Positions 50,429 through 60,024 of a stretch of DNA of 64,000 bases are shown one piece after another. Source of the stretch: Bdellovibrionales bacterium. GTDB taxonomy: Bacteria; Bdellovibrionota; Bdellovibrionia; Bdellovibrionales; CAYMLA01. Under the pieces are notes generated by a model, which did no database searches, was not told where the DNA came from, and was given only the letters and a program-made list of their open reading frames with translations. The DNA is taken from contig OZ244239.1 in the NCBI GenBank assembly GCA_965217115.1, forward strand, positions 736,001 to 800,000, read 5' to 3'. Each line of letters opens with the position of its first letter. Within the stretch, counting starts at the first letter, position 1. The position numbers were made by a program, and so were the translations under genes.

Positions 50429-50669
50429 TTTTTCCTTGAAAACTAGGTTTGTAACTAAGCTTTACACACAAAGAGAGCACTTTATGAGTGCTCTCCAACG
50501 TCAGGGGCGCAGGCCAAATCATTTGGTTCTTGAGTTTTAACCTTACTATTTAGGAACCCATGACTATTTATTGTCACAATTCACTTAATTTAGTCAGTTC
50601 CTTAGCTTTAAAAAAGCATATAGCACTAAAAAAAATTAATATTATTAGATAGTTAAAGACTATCCCACC

Positions 50670-50685
50670 TGGCATAAAAACTGCT
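50670..50685 (+). promoter_or_regulatory. Sigma-54 promoter candidate
   Basis: TGGCATAAAAACTGCT with GG-N10-GC, ~30 bp before ATG. Confidence 0.55.
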
Positions 50686-50714
50686 TTTAGATATGTATAT
50701 ATCTAGAGGTAACG

Positions 50715-51743
50715 ATGGGAACAGCTAAAAAAACACTAATGGTGCTCGTTGGATTTATTTCAATCCTTCCGTTATCTTTTGCTTCTGAAACAGACCCTTA
50801 TACATATAGTTCTATTAAATTAAAAGATAGTAAATCAATCGTTAATGCTGAAATTCAAAAACACTTGGATAAAGCATTAATAATTACAAATAAAAAAATA
50901 GAAGAAATTCTTTTTAAAGGCAAGTCTGTATCAGCTAAAGAGATTGAGATAATATTAACACAAAGTTTAGCTATTGATCATGGGTGGCTTTCTTTTTTAA
51001 CAGAACCTAATCGAGCTATAATGTCCCATATAGAAAAATGTATTATGTATAACAATTGCAAAAATTGGCCTTTTGTAGAAAGAATTGTCTTAACTGTAAA
51101 TGAATCAATTTTCGGTAGGGCCAAATATAACCATTTAACTAAGTCGTTTTTGGGAACTATGATTAATCTATGCGGTTATAGACTTGGTGCTGATAAAATT
51201 AGCCATTTTTTAGACGATGGCTTTGCGTACTATAATAGTTGGATGAATGGGCTCTCTAAAGAGGGCCTTAAAAAAGTTATGGATGCAATCGAAAAATCCT
51301 CTATGGGGGGAGAGTTTACAGGAGTTTATAGTAAAGCTGATATCGCTGCAAATTACTCTGGTATAAAATTTTACCGATCATTACTCCATGCTTCATCACC
51401 GTATTTTAAAATAAAAAACAAAAAACTAGTACAAGTAAGAGATTTCATCATTTGTGATTATGTCAGTGACTTATGGGATGAAACCATTAATAAAAATATC
51501 TATACTCAAAAAAATTCTACTGACTTACTTGAGGTTATTGAAAATGAGTCTAAAAACCCAAGTAAAGTGGATAGGGAAAATCTACTTAACCGTGATTACA
51601 TTAGTCCAGGGCCAAAGGATTATATAAAGGCTTGGTGGTATACAGAACTCTCAACAGAAGGCCTGAAGACTTTTAACTTTATATTTACTAAAAAGTTTAA
51701 CTATCACCGTGTTAGAGAAGTCAATATTCAGATTCTTGATTAG
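50715..51743 (+). CDS. Secreted hypothetical protein
   Basis: Signal peptide; ETDPY, GADKISHF, SKADIAANYSG motifs. Confidence 0.75.
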   Translation: MGTAKKTLMVLVGFISILPLSFASETDPYTYSSIKLKDSKSIVNAEIQKHLDKALIITNKKIEEILFKGKSVSAKEIEIILTQSLAIDHGWLSFLTEPNRAIMSHIEKCIMYNNCKNWPFVERIVLTVNESIFGRAKYNHLTKSFLGTMINLCGYRLGADKISHFLDDGFAYYNSWMNGLSKEGLKKVMDAIEKSSMGGEFTGVYSKADIAANYSGIKFYRSLLHASSPYFKIKNKKLVQVRDFIICDYVSDLWDETINKNIYTQKNSTDLLEVIENESKNPSKVDRENLLNRDYISPGPKDYIKAWWYTELSTEGLKTFNFIFTKKFNYHRVREVNIQILD

Positions 51744-52215
51744 TTGTATTTTTAGTACAAATTCATGATTAAAAAAATGGCGGAGCAAATGGGACGAGTT
51801 TAGAACCTTTTGCTTGGCAATTTGATTCTAACCTTCATTTTCATTGCTTAACGTTATCTGATTTTCCAATCTAATTTCTCTAAAAACTCCTCTTCTCTGT
51901 TCTCATCAATCAATGCCTCTAAAAAGTCTTTTTGTGGAAAATCGTCAGATACCTTTTCCGAAAGGACTGTCCCAAGTGACCGTCTCCCCAAATTTTAAAG
52001 TGTTTTTGACTTCTTTTTGTTTGGTTCAAATAGGGTCGCTTTGGTTAATTCTTTATTTGCAAGTATCTTCGACTTCAGGCCTTTTCGGTGTGATTATTTA
52101 TGAGTTAATTCAGAAAATTTGTAAATATTTCATAATCAAATAATTTTATTTATTACTTGTGAAAAATTGGTATAGTAGAACCTTGTTCAAATAAACAATA
52201 TACACGGAGTTTTTA

Positions 52216-52791
52216 ATGAAATTTTTATGTATTTTAATTTTATCATGCCTAGCATTTAGTAGTGTTCATGCAGAGTCAAAAAATAAGGCCAAGACTAATT
52301 TTGAAACACTCGGAGAGATGTTTAGCCAAGGAACTTTGCCTAAAAAAGAAGACACTTTTGGCTGGTGGTCTGGAAGATGTTACTCAACAGAAAGACCAAA
52401 CAAACCATTACCCCGACTATTAGTATCTAGAATAGTTATAAAAAACGATGGCCCCGCATTTCCTGAAAAAGACTTGCATCAAATGAGGGTTTTGGAGGCT
52501 AGAATAGGAAGCCCAGCTAACTACTTTGACACTAATGATTTATTAGACTTTGAGGATTCTGTGAGAGAACTCTTACGTGGATCCGAAGAACCTATTGCTC
52601 ACGGAACATTTATTGCTACAGAAAAAAATGACTCTTTATATGCATCATTTAATAGAAATTTTAAGCTAGTTTACGAACTAAGAAAATATAACGATTTTTT
52701 TATAATGACTCGATACCAGAAAGACAGTGATGTTCATTCAAATTGTTATTTCTTTAAAAAAGTTTACCCAAAACATTCCTTTTCTCTCTAA
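52216..52791 (+). CDS. Secreted protein, paralog of ICE cargo 17490-18023
   Basis: Shared motifs and shared downstream terminator. Confidence 0.85.
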   Translation: MKFLCILILSCLAFSSVHAESKNKAKTNFETLGEMFSQGTLPKKEDTFGWWSGRCYSTERPNKPLPRLLVSRIVIKNDGPAFPEKDLHQMRVLEARIGSPANYFDTNDLLDFEDSVRELLRGSEEPIAHGTFIATEKNDSLYASFNRNFKLVYELRKYNDFFIMTRYQKDSDVHSNCYFFKKVYPKHSFSL

Positions 52792-52793
52792 AT

Positions 52794-52829
52794 AAAAAGG
52801 CTACAATTAATGATTTGTAGCCTTTTTTT
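52794..52829. terminator. Intrinsic terminator homologous to 18035-18071
   Basis: AAAAAGGCTACAA-loop-TTGTAGCCTTTTTTT. Confidence 0.85.
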
Positions 52830-52964
52830 ATTTGTAACCTGGCCTGGTTTTTTTGTAAGTAATTTTTTTAATTTCTTAACTGTGGACAGGTCAGACAAAT
52901 AATTCCTAACCTTCGATTTGATACTGTTTCGGAGAGACGATCACACTCAGTGAGGGAAAAATAA

Positions 52965-53312
52965 GGTTCTTTGTGATAAATAGTGGAACTGTTCCCAAGA
53001 GACTCATCTTGAGGGCTCTCTTTCTAAAACTATCCATGGATAACAGCGTTGTTACACATGGAGGTCAGTCATAGAAAGAGATCCATTGACTCAATTGATT
53101 GAATACGTCCTTTTTTTCTAGAGTCTCTCCCAAAAGAATCCAGTTCTTTTCGGCGAGTTTGGCTTGGCGACTTCCATTGCATTTTTCTGCAATGGGAGGT
53201 GACAAACGGATGTTTGAGCAAGAAAAGGGCTGGATTCTTTTGGGAGAGACTCTAGAAAGAAAACAGCTCATCAGAAAAAAACTGGCTCCACTATTGTTTG
53301 TCATAAAGAACC
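52965..53312 (+). mobile_element. ~348-bp MITE-like element, copy 2, with 8-bp target duplication
   Basis: Ends GGTTCTTTGTGATAAA / TTTGTCATAAAGAACC; AAAAATAA on both flanks (52957-52964, 53313-53320). Confidence 0.88.
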
Positions 53313-53451
53313 AAAAATAAAGCAGTGATGTGAAATTTTTCCAATTTTCAAAGACAACTTTTTGCTCTCCCCCACAAGCCCAACGAAATTTATGCGTTTT
53401 GCTTTTGGAATTGATGTCTTCGGTTTTTAAGGATTCAGAGGTTCAAAAAAA

Positions 53452-53528
53452 TGGCGGGGTCGACCGGACTCGAACCGGCGGCCTCCTGCGTGACAGGCAG
53501 GCGTTATAACCAACTTAACTACGACCCC
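53452..53528 (-). tRNA. tRNA-Asp (GUC)
   Basis: GGGGTCG acceptor, CCTGC-CTGTCAC-GCAGG anticodon arm, GGTTCGAGTCC, CCA; 77 nt. Confidence 0.98.
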
Positions 53529-53601
53529 GCGAAGAATCCCATTCTTACCTATAGCGTTGCGTTATGTAAACTCTTTTTTAAATAAGGGCAGTGTTTTCCC
53601 A

Positions 53602-53662
53602 TGGGTGGGTGGGTGGGTGGATAGATGGGTGGATGAATGGATAGATGAGTGCGTGCGTGCGT
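53602..53662 (+). repeat. Tetranucleotide microsatellite tract including (GGGT)4
   Basis: GGGTGGGTGGGTGGGTGGATAGATGGGTGGATGAATGGATAGATGAGTGCGTGCGTGCGT. Confidence 0.9.
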
Positions 53663-53691
53663 CGCGAACGGGCGAGCACTCGTCAGCTGAA

Positions 53692-54732
53692 TTAAATCTC
53701 TATCTCAAAATCCCAACGATCACTCTCTAAATCCCAATTGTCCCACATGGAAATTTCCTGGAAACAGCTCTGCAAAGCTGTGGGGACAACCTCAGAAGAC
53801 ACAAATGCCCTCTGCCTCTTCAAAGGGCGGCAATGGGGTAATTCAAAGCCTAGGCTTCCTAAAATTCCCCTAGCCACATACCAAGTCGCCTGAGGATCCC
53901 AACCATGGGCCACCTTAACCGCCACACCCAAACCCTCAGGGTGATCCAAGTGCTCAATCGCTAGAGCAAGAAGGCCATCCGCCCCCTCCTTAGCAATAAC
54001 ACTCCCCCCACAGGAACCAATGATCGCCGTGTCTAAACGACCCTCACCACCAATGAAATGGGGCTCCCTCACCATTGCTTCCCAAATCCAATCTTCACCC
54101 CGCCTCTGGGCCAATCCCGCATAACATCGCGATAACTCACCCATCGTCATCGAAACTGTCGGTAGACCATCACCATCACGGGCCACGCTCAAAGGCTGCC
54201 AATCCTCACCCAAGTAACTCTTCATCACATTTACATAATTCTTAAAAACCCCATGGCGAGGCGACATATAATCCCCTCTATCCCAACCCCTCAACAGACA
54301 ACCGCGCAAAATCGCCGCATGATGCCCCGACGAATTATTAAGCCAACGATCAGGAGTCGTCACCCCAGCAGAATTTGACGGCACCAGCGGCAAATCCACA
54401 GGCGTCAACATCAAGCCCTGATCAGTTTTATTCAATAAACTCTTCGCCACCTCAACATGCTCTCTTGCACCGTTATGACTTGCTAAACTAATGGCCTTTT
54501 GCTTCCAGTTCGTACAATCAGCCAAATCTTGGGTGAAGGGTTTTAAATACAGCGGCTTCATTGTACTGCGACCATAACAAAGCACATCGCTCCCCAGAGA
54601 ATGGATCTCCCGCCCACCACTCCACCAGGAAACCGATCCATGGACAGTGTTCTCTATCACTCCATTACGGCGATAAACAACCAGAGGTTCCCACTGATGA
54701 TCGTCTTTCAAATTTTTTTCCCGACCTAACAT
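53692..54732 (-). CDS. Class 3 (Rhizobium-type) asparaginase-like protein
   Basis: RSTMKP, ASHNG..H, AKEGADG, KVAHG; metal-site motifs altered. Confidence 0.85.
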   Translation of the reverse strand: MLGREKNLKDDHQWEPLVVYRRNGVIENTVHGSVSWWSGGREIHSLGSDVLCYGRSTMKPLYLKPFTQDLADCTNWKQKAISLASHNGAREHVEVAKSLLNKTDQGLMLTPVDLPLVPSNSAGVTTPDRWLNNSSGHHAAILRGCLLRGWDRGDYMSPRHGVFKNYVNVMKSYLGEDWQPLSVARDGDGLPTVSMTMGELSRCYAGLAQRRGEDWIWEAMVREPHFIGGEGRLDTAIIGSCGGSVIAKEGADGLLALAIEHLDHPEGLGVAVKVAHGWDPQATWYVARGILGSLGFELPHCRPLKRQRAFVSSEVVPTALQSCFQEISMWDNWDLESDRWDFEIEI

Positions 54733-54756
54733 TATTCGCCTTTAAAAAAAACATCC

Positions 54757-55974
54757 CTAGATTAAAGGGATCACCTCTTCCTTAAAAACCCCCATCATAT
54801 TCTTCACCGCTTCATTATCATGGTTGTTAAAATCAAACCAAAGCATCAAACGATCATCTCTATCAAAACGCTCCTTCACTTGCTCCGCCACCTCTTCAGG
54901 CGTCCCCACCAAAGCATTGCTCACTGCGCTTTTTACCTTAGACAAATCCAAAGTTCCCTCAATCGCTTGCCAATAATTAGACAAAGCTTTCTCTGCCATA
55001 CGATGGGCATGCTCTGAACTCTTTCTATCTACAAAAACCAACGTGGTCCTCGGCATACAAGAGCGATTCCAACCACCACCGTCTTTATGATAATCCTTCA
55101 ACATACGCCGATGGGTCTCTTCAATCACAGGCGTCGGAGTGATGGAAAGATTAAACACCCCCACTGGAAAATACTGATTAGCTAATCTCTGCGCATGGGC
55201 ATCCTGACTCCCTATGGTCAAACGCAACAAATCTAAAGGAGACTCAAAAGGAATCACACCCACCTTTGGAAAACTCCAGAAAGTGTCCACAGATATCTCA
55301 TCCACTGCCGATGGTTTCTCCAAAGAGTGATGTTGGCAATAGGCCCGTGTCACTCGCTCCCAATCTCCATCACTGCGAAAGTGATCCCGTCTTAAGGCAA
55401 GACTCTTCACTTCATCAGAAGAGAAGATATCTCCTCGCAAAGCCTTTAAAAAAATCTCAAGAGCACTGTGAAAAATTTGCCCTTTAAGAGCCGGCCAAGC
55501 CTCTTGCTCCCAAGTGTTCCTCGGTGTAATTCCGTAGGGGATATTTGAAAAAGGGAACCTCCCCGAAGCAAAACCAATATTTAACAGCCTTTTTTCATTC
55601 ACATCCATGCTGTGTAAACTCATAAAAGTGCGTATCGCCTCAGCATGGGCCAAAGGTCCACCGTTGCAAAGAATATTACGAATAGCCGATCCAACATGAA
55701 TGTTTTTTGTTACGGAAAAAATCCTATGGGCCAATTGTAAAATATCCGTGTTAAGCCCTATCTCTCCCTTAAAGTGGGGAATCACTGCATTTGGATTTTC
55801 TTTTTGCACCTGACAAGATAAATGGGTCTCCGCCACCCAAGCAGTCTCATAACCTAAATCATCAGCCAACTTCACCTGGTCAAAAAAATGGCTAAACATT
55901 TGACTCTCTGAAGGGATCACACCGTCCACCTCAGTCTGACAAATAGAAAAAAACACATCGTACTTCATACTCAT
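54757..55974 (-). CDS. LLM-class (luciferase-like) flavin-dependent oxidoreductase
   Basis: ADDLGYETAWVAETH, TKNIHVGSA, LVGTPEEV. Confidence 0.92.
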   Translation of the reverse strand: MSMKYDVFFSICQTEVDGVIPSESQMFSHFFDQVKLADDLGYETAWVAETHLSCQVQKENPNAVIPHFKGEIGLNTDILQLAHRIFSVTKNIHVGSAIRNILCNGGPLAHAEAIRTFMSLHSMDVNEKRLLNIGFASGRFPFSNIPYGITPRNTWEQEAWPALKGQIFHSALEIFLKALRGDIFSSDEVKSLALRRDHFRSDGDWERVTRAYCQHHSLEKPSAVDEISVDTFWSFPKVGVIPFESPLDLLRLTIGSQDAHAQRLANQYFPVGVFNLSITPTPVIEETHRRMLKDYHKDGGGWNRSCMPRTTLVFVDRKSSEHAHRMAEKALSNYWQAIEGTLDLSKVKSAVSNALVGTPEEVAEQVKERFDRDDRLMLWFDFNNHDNEAVKNMMGVFKEEVIPLI

Positions 55975-56099
55975 CTCTCTTTATACACTTAATCGCTTAC
56001 AGAATTATTGACTTTCCCTTTGCACTCTCTTCAGTTATAATTAATTTAAGCGTGTTTTAAAAGAGGTTTTTTAATTTTTATACAGGGAATAAATAAGGA

Positions 56100-56342
56100 A
56101 TGTCTAAAAACTCACTCGACCTCCACGGGCGTTCAAAAGATGAGGTTTTTGATCTTGTTGATCAGTTTATCTGTCAAGTCGCTGACTCTTCACTCAAGCA
56201 GGCTACCATTATTCCTGGCAAAGGAAAAGGGATCGTTTGTAAAGAGGTCCTTCGTTATCTAAAATTAGCCCATTATCAATGGGAATTTGCTAAGAACTCT
56301 AAAAATCAAAACAACGAAGGCATTATCACCGTCTTTTTATAA
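56100..56342 (+). CDS. Smr/MutS2 domain protein
   Basis: LDLHG, IIPGKGKGI, NEG. Confidence 0.92.
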   Translation: MSKNSLDLHGRSKDEVFDLVDQFICQVADSSLKQATIIPGKGKGIVCKEVLRYLKLAHYQWEFAKNSKNQNNEGIITVFL

Positions 56343-56358
56343 AATTAGGGAAACTAAA

Positions 56359-56904
56359 ATGACTGAAGAAACTAAAAAAAAAATAGACCACCTCCTCTGG
56401 ATCGACTTAGAGATGACAGGTCTTGATGTCGATAAAGAAGTTATCATTGAAGTTGCTGCCATTGTTACCGATCTCGATTTTAACACTCTGGACACCTACA
56501 CTTCGGTCGTCAAGCAACCCCAACACTACATTGATGATATGGATAAGTGGAATACCTCTCACCATCAGAAATCGGGGCTAACCGCTCAAATCCCCAATGG
56601 AGAATCCCCCATAATCGTCGAAGAAAAACTCTGCCAATTTGTCAGTAGGCATTTTCCTGGGGACACTCCTGTCATTCTTGCTGGAAATTCCATCGGACAG
56701 GATCGCAAATTTATCGATAAATATTTCACCCGACTCTCCGACCGGCTACATTATCGATTACTCGATGTCACCGCATGGAAAATTATTTTTGAAGGGAAAT
56801 ATGGCAAATCCTACAAGAAAGAAGACTCTCACCGGGCTCTGGATGACATCAAAGAGAGTATCGGAGAATTGAAATTCTACATGGACTTCTTATCTATCTC
56901 TTAA
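56359..56904 (+). CDS. orn: Oligoribonuclease
   Basis: WIDLEMTGLD, AGNSIGQDRKF, HYRLLDV, HRALDDI.ESI.EL. Confidence 0.97.
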   Translation: MTEETKKKIDHLLWIDLEMTGLDVDKEVIIEVAAIVTDLDFNTLDTYTSVVKQPQHYIDDMDKWNTSHHQKSGLTAQIPNGESPIIVEEKLCQFVSRHFPGDTPVILAGNSIGQDRKFIDKYFTRLSDRLHYRLLDVTAWKIIFEGKYGKSYKKEDSHRALDDIKESIGELKFYMDFLSIS

Positions 56905-56922
56905 GTTTTGAATAAAAAACCT

Positions 56923-58293
56923 CTAGTAACGGTAGTGGTCTGGCTTAAAGGGTCCATCTTTGTTTATCTTTAAATACCCCGATTGCTTATCACTTAGTTT
57001 TGTCAGCCTAACACCTATTTTGTCCAAATGAAGTGCCGCCACCTTTTCATCTAAGTATTTAGGTAGGCGATAAACCTTCACCTCTTTGTATTTTTTAAGA
57101 TTGGTGTGCAGTTCAATTTGAGCCAAAACCTGGTTTGTGAACGAATTCGACATGACAAAAGAAGGATGTCCTGTCGCACAACCCAAGTTCACCAAACGAC
57201 CCTTAGCTAAAACAATAACCTGACGACCGTTCTTCATTAAATGTTTATCCACCTGAGGTTTAATCTCCGTCATTTTAGAATTGGCATTCAACCAAGCCAT
57301 ATCAATTTCAATATCAAAATGCCCAATATTACAAACAATGGCATTGTTCTTCATCTCAACAAAATGCTTCTCAGTAATAATATCACAACACCCCGTCGAT
57401 GTAACAAAGATGTCACCCTCACTCACGGCGTCCTCCATTGTTAATACTTCAAACCCCTCCATCGCTGCCTGCAATGCACAAATAGGATCAATCTCTGTCA
57501 CCAACACGCGAGAACCATAGGAGCGCATACTGTGGGCGCAACCCTTGCCCACATCGCCATAACCAGCCACGACAACGACCTTACCTGCCAACATCACATC
57601 CGTTGCACGCTTAATCCCATCAGCCAAAGACTCCCGACAACCATAGAGGTTATCAAATTTAGACTTAGTCACTGAATCGTTAATATTAATCGCTGGAACC
57701 TTCAACAAACCCTTTTCACACAATTGCTCTAAATTATGAACTCCCGTTGTCGTCTCCTCAGAGAGCCCCTGTATGTTTCTCATCTGCTCAGAAAAACGAT
57801 CTTCATGCATCATATTTGTTAAGTCACCACCATCGTCGAGAATAAGGTTGTACCCCTCCTTTCCCCAACCAGTGATCGTCTGCTCAATACACCAATTGAA
57901 CTCTTCCTCAGTTTCACCCTTCCATGCAAAAACAGGAATTCCCGTTGCCGCAATCGCCACTGCTGCATGATCCTGAGTCGAATAAATATTACAAGAGGAC
58001 CATCGAATCTCAGCCCCTAAAATCACCAAAGTCTCTATCAAAACTGCCGTTTGAATTGTCATATGTAAGCAACCAGCAATTTTTGCCCCTTTCAAAGGCT
58101 GACTGACCCCAAACTCTTCACGCAGAGCCATCAACCCTGGCATCTCTGACTCGGCAATCTGAATTTCCTCACGGCCCCAACGAGCTAACTCTTGAAAAGT
58201 ACCTGCATCTTCCATCGCGCTCTTGCAAACACAAAAATCAGGAGATCCCTTCAAAGTCTTCTCAATTACATCTATCATTTGCGCTGTTGCCAT
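56923..58293 (-). CDS. ahcY: Adenosylhomocysteinase
   Basis: [50 protein letters not shown]. Confidence 0.99.
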   Translation of the reverse strand: MATAQMIDVIEKTLKGSPDFCVCKSAMEDAGTFQELARWGREEIQIAESEMPGLMALREEFGVSQPLKGAKIAGCLHMTIQTAVLIETLVILGAEIRWSSCNIYSTQDHAAVAIAATGIPVFAWKGETEEEFNWCIEQTITGWGKEGYNLILDDGGDLTNMMHEDRFSEQMRNIQGLSEETTTGVHNLEQLCEKGLLKVPAININDSVTKSKFDNLYGCRESLADGIKRATDVMLAGKVVVVAGYGDVGKGCAHSMRSYGSRVLVTEIDPICALQAAMEGFEVLTMEDAVSEGDIFVTSTGCCDIITEKHFVEMKNNAIVCNIGHFDIEIDMAWLNANSKMTEIKPQVDKHLMKNGRQVIVLAKGRLVNLGCATGHPSFVMSNSFTNQVLAQIELHTNLKKYKEVKVYRLPKYLDEKVAALHLDKIGVRLTKLSDKQSGYLKINKDGPFKPDHYRY

Positions 58294-58358
58294 TTTCTCT
58301 CTCCTTAAAATATTTTTTTACTCTATTGAATCTTCCAATCAATACTTTATCCAATACT

Positions 58359-59117
58359 TCACTCACTGACTGTCAATATCTCATAACCCTTATCTGTTAT
58401 CAGTACCGTGTGCTCAAACTGAGCCGACAAACTCCTATCCTCTGTCTCATAATACTTTACCGTCGACCCTGTAATATCAAACTCAATCATTCCTGTTGAA
58501 GTCATATTAATCATCGGTTCCACAGTAATACACGTCCAAGGGATCAATGTCTCCCCTTTTCCCTTCTTTCCAAACGATGGAACAAAAGGCTCCCCGTGAA
58601 AAACATTCCCAATCCCATGACCGCCTATCTCCTTCACCCCATGGTACCCCTGACGAGTCACATACTTATTTGTCGCAAATCCAATGTCTCCAGTCGTCCC
58701 AAAAGGAGTTACTGCCTCTATTCCTTTGTTCATTGCTTCTTCAGCCACCATAACCAATTCTCTGGCCTGCTCAGACACATCTCCCACAAAAAAAGTTCGC
58801 GAGGTGTCTCCATAATATCCATCCTTACGCACAGTCACGTCCACATTAATGATGTCACCCTCCTGTAGAGGGCGGCCATCGGGAACACCATGACAAATAC
58901 ACTCATTGACTGAAGTGCAAACAGACTTAGGAAAGCCATTGTAATTAAGGGGAGCCGATTCAGCACCCAGAGAAGTCGTATACTCAGCGACAAGGACATC
59001 TATCTCCTCCGTTGTCACCCCTGGTTTAACAAGGGACTCCGCATAATTAAGAACTTTCGCTCCCAAACGACAGGAATTACGCATTAAATCCAATTGCTCT
59101 GCATTCATCGGTTTCAC
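58359..59117 (-). CDS. map: Type I methionine aminopeptidase
   Basis: SVNECICHGVP, NVDVT, GDTSRT, GHGIG..FH, VEPM, AQFEHT. Confidence 0.98.
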   Translation of the reverse strand: MKPMNAEQLDLMRNSCRLGAKVLNYAESLVKPGVTTEEIDVLVAEYTTSLGAESAPLNYNGFPKSVCTSVNECICHGVPDGRPLQEGDIINVDVTVRKDGYYGDTSRTFFVGDVSEQARELVMVAEEAMNKGIEAVTPFGTTGDIGFATNKYVTRQGYHGVKEIGGHGIGNVFHGEPFVPSFGKKGKGETLIPWTCITVEPMINMTSTGMIEFDITGSTVKYYETEDRSLSAQFEHTVLITDKGYEILTVSE

Positions 59118-59176
59118 AGGGACAACCTACCAAAAATCCATATAAAATCAACAAATTCACATCTCATTGCAGACAT

Positions 59177-59205
59177 AAAAAAAGGGCTCCCTGTAGGAGC
59201 CCTTT
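59177..59205 (-). terminator. Intrinsic terminator of the SWIB-domain gene
   Basis: AAAGGGCTCC-loop-GGAGCCCTTT with A-run on the + strand. Confidence 0.85.
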
Positions 59206-59239
59206 AAATCTTTAAAAAATGCACGAAAACTAGATTAAA

Positions 59240-59800
59240 TTAGCTTAAATGCTTGCTTACTAATTTAGTCATTTCAAACATAGAAACAACTTTCTTTCCA
59301 CCGAAAACAGCAAGAAGCTTAGCATCAGCGATGATGTTTCTTCTGTTCTTAGGATCTTGCAAGTCATATTTCTTAATATAAACCCAAAGTTTTTTAACCA
59401 CTTCCGTGCGAGGCAATGGCTTATCACCAACAATCTCTGCCAATTTAGCACTGACCTTCAGTGGCCTCATAAAAGCAGGGTTTGGTTTTCTCTTGGTTTT
59501 CTTCTTAGCTACTTTTTTCTTAGCTACTTTTTTCTTAGTCGCTTTCTTCTTAGCCACCTTTTTCTTAGTTGCTTTCTTCTTAGCTACTTTTTTCTTAGTT
59601 GCTTTCTTCTTAGCTACTTTTTTCTTAGTTGCTTTCTTCTTAGCTACTTTCTTCTTAGTCGCTTTTTTCTTAGCTACCTTTTTCTTAGTTGCTTTTTTCT
59701 TAGCTACCTTTTTCTTAGCTACTTTTTTCTTAGTTACTTTTCTCTTAGTTACTTTCTTCTTAGTTGCTTTCTTTTTTGCTTTCTTTTTTGCTTTAGCCAT
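59240..59800 (-). CDS. Histone-H1-like Lys-rich repeat fused to SWIB/MDM2 domain
   Basis: KKKAT/KKKVA pentapeptide repeats, then PRTEVVKKLWVYIKK..LQDP.NRR.I.AD. Confidence 0.95.
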   Translation of the reverse strand: MAKAKKKAKKKATKKKVTKRKVTKKKVAKKKVAKKKATKKKVAKKKATKKKVAKKKATKKKVAKKKATKKKVAKKKATKKKVAKKKATKKKVAKKKVAKKKTKRKPNPAFMRPLKVSAKLAEIVGDKPLPRTEVVKKLWVYIKKYDLQDPKNRRNIIADAKLLAVFGGKKVVSMFEMTKLVSKHLS

Positions 59801-60024
59801 TCACTTATCTCCCCAAAAAATCTATGGTTAACAACCTTTTTCACAACGATGCATACCTGCCAAAAGCCGTATGCAACTCAAAGAATAAACTCTGAATCTA
59901 CATATTAAGCACAAGATGAGCGAATTCCCAAAAAAAAAATTAACAAAATGTCATTTTTTTTTAATGGCAAAGAGATTTTCCATGGAAAAATGGCGAAAAA
60001 AAAGCTTCTTCACCTTAAAAAAAC

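Noticed and set aside
59357..59908. Phe-rich ORFs 59357-59908 and 59406-59831
   Set aside because: Antisense shadows of the Lys-rich repeat gene.
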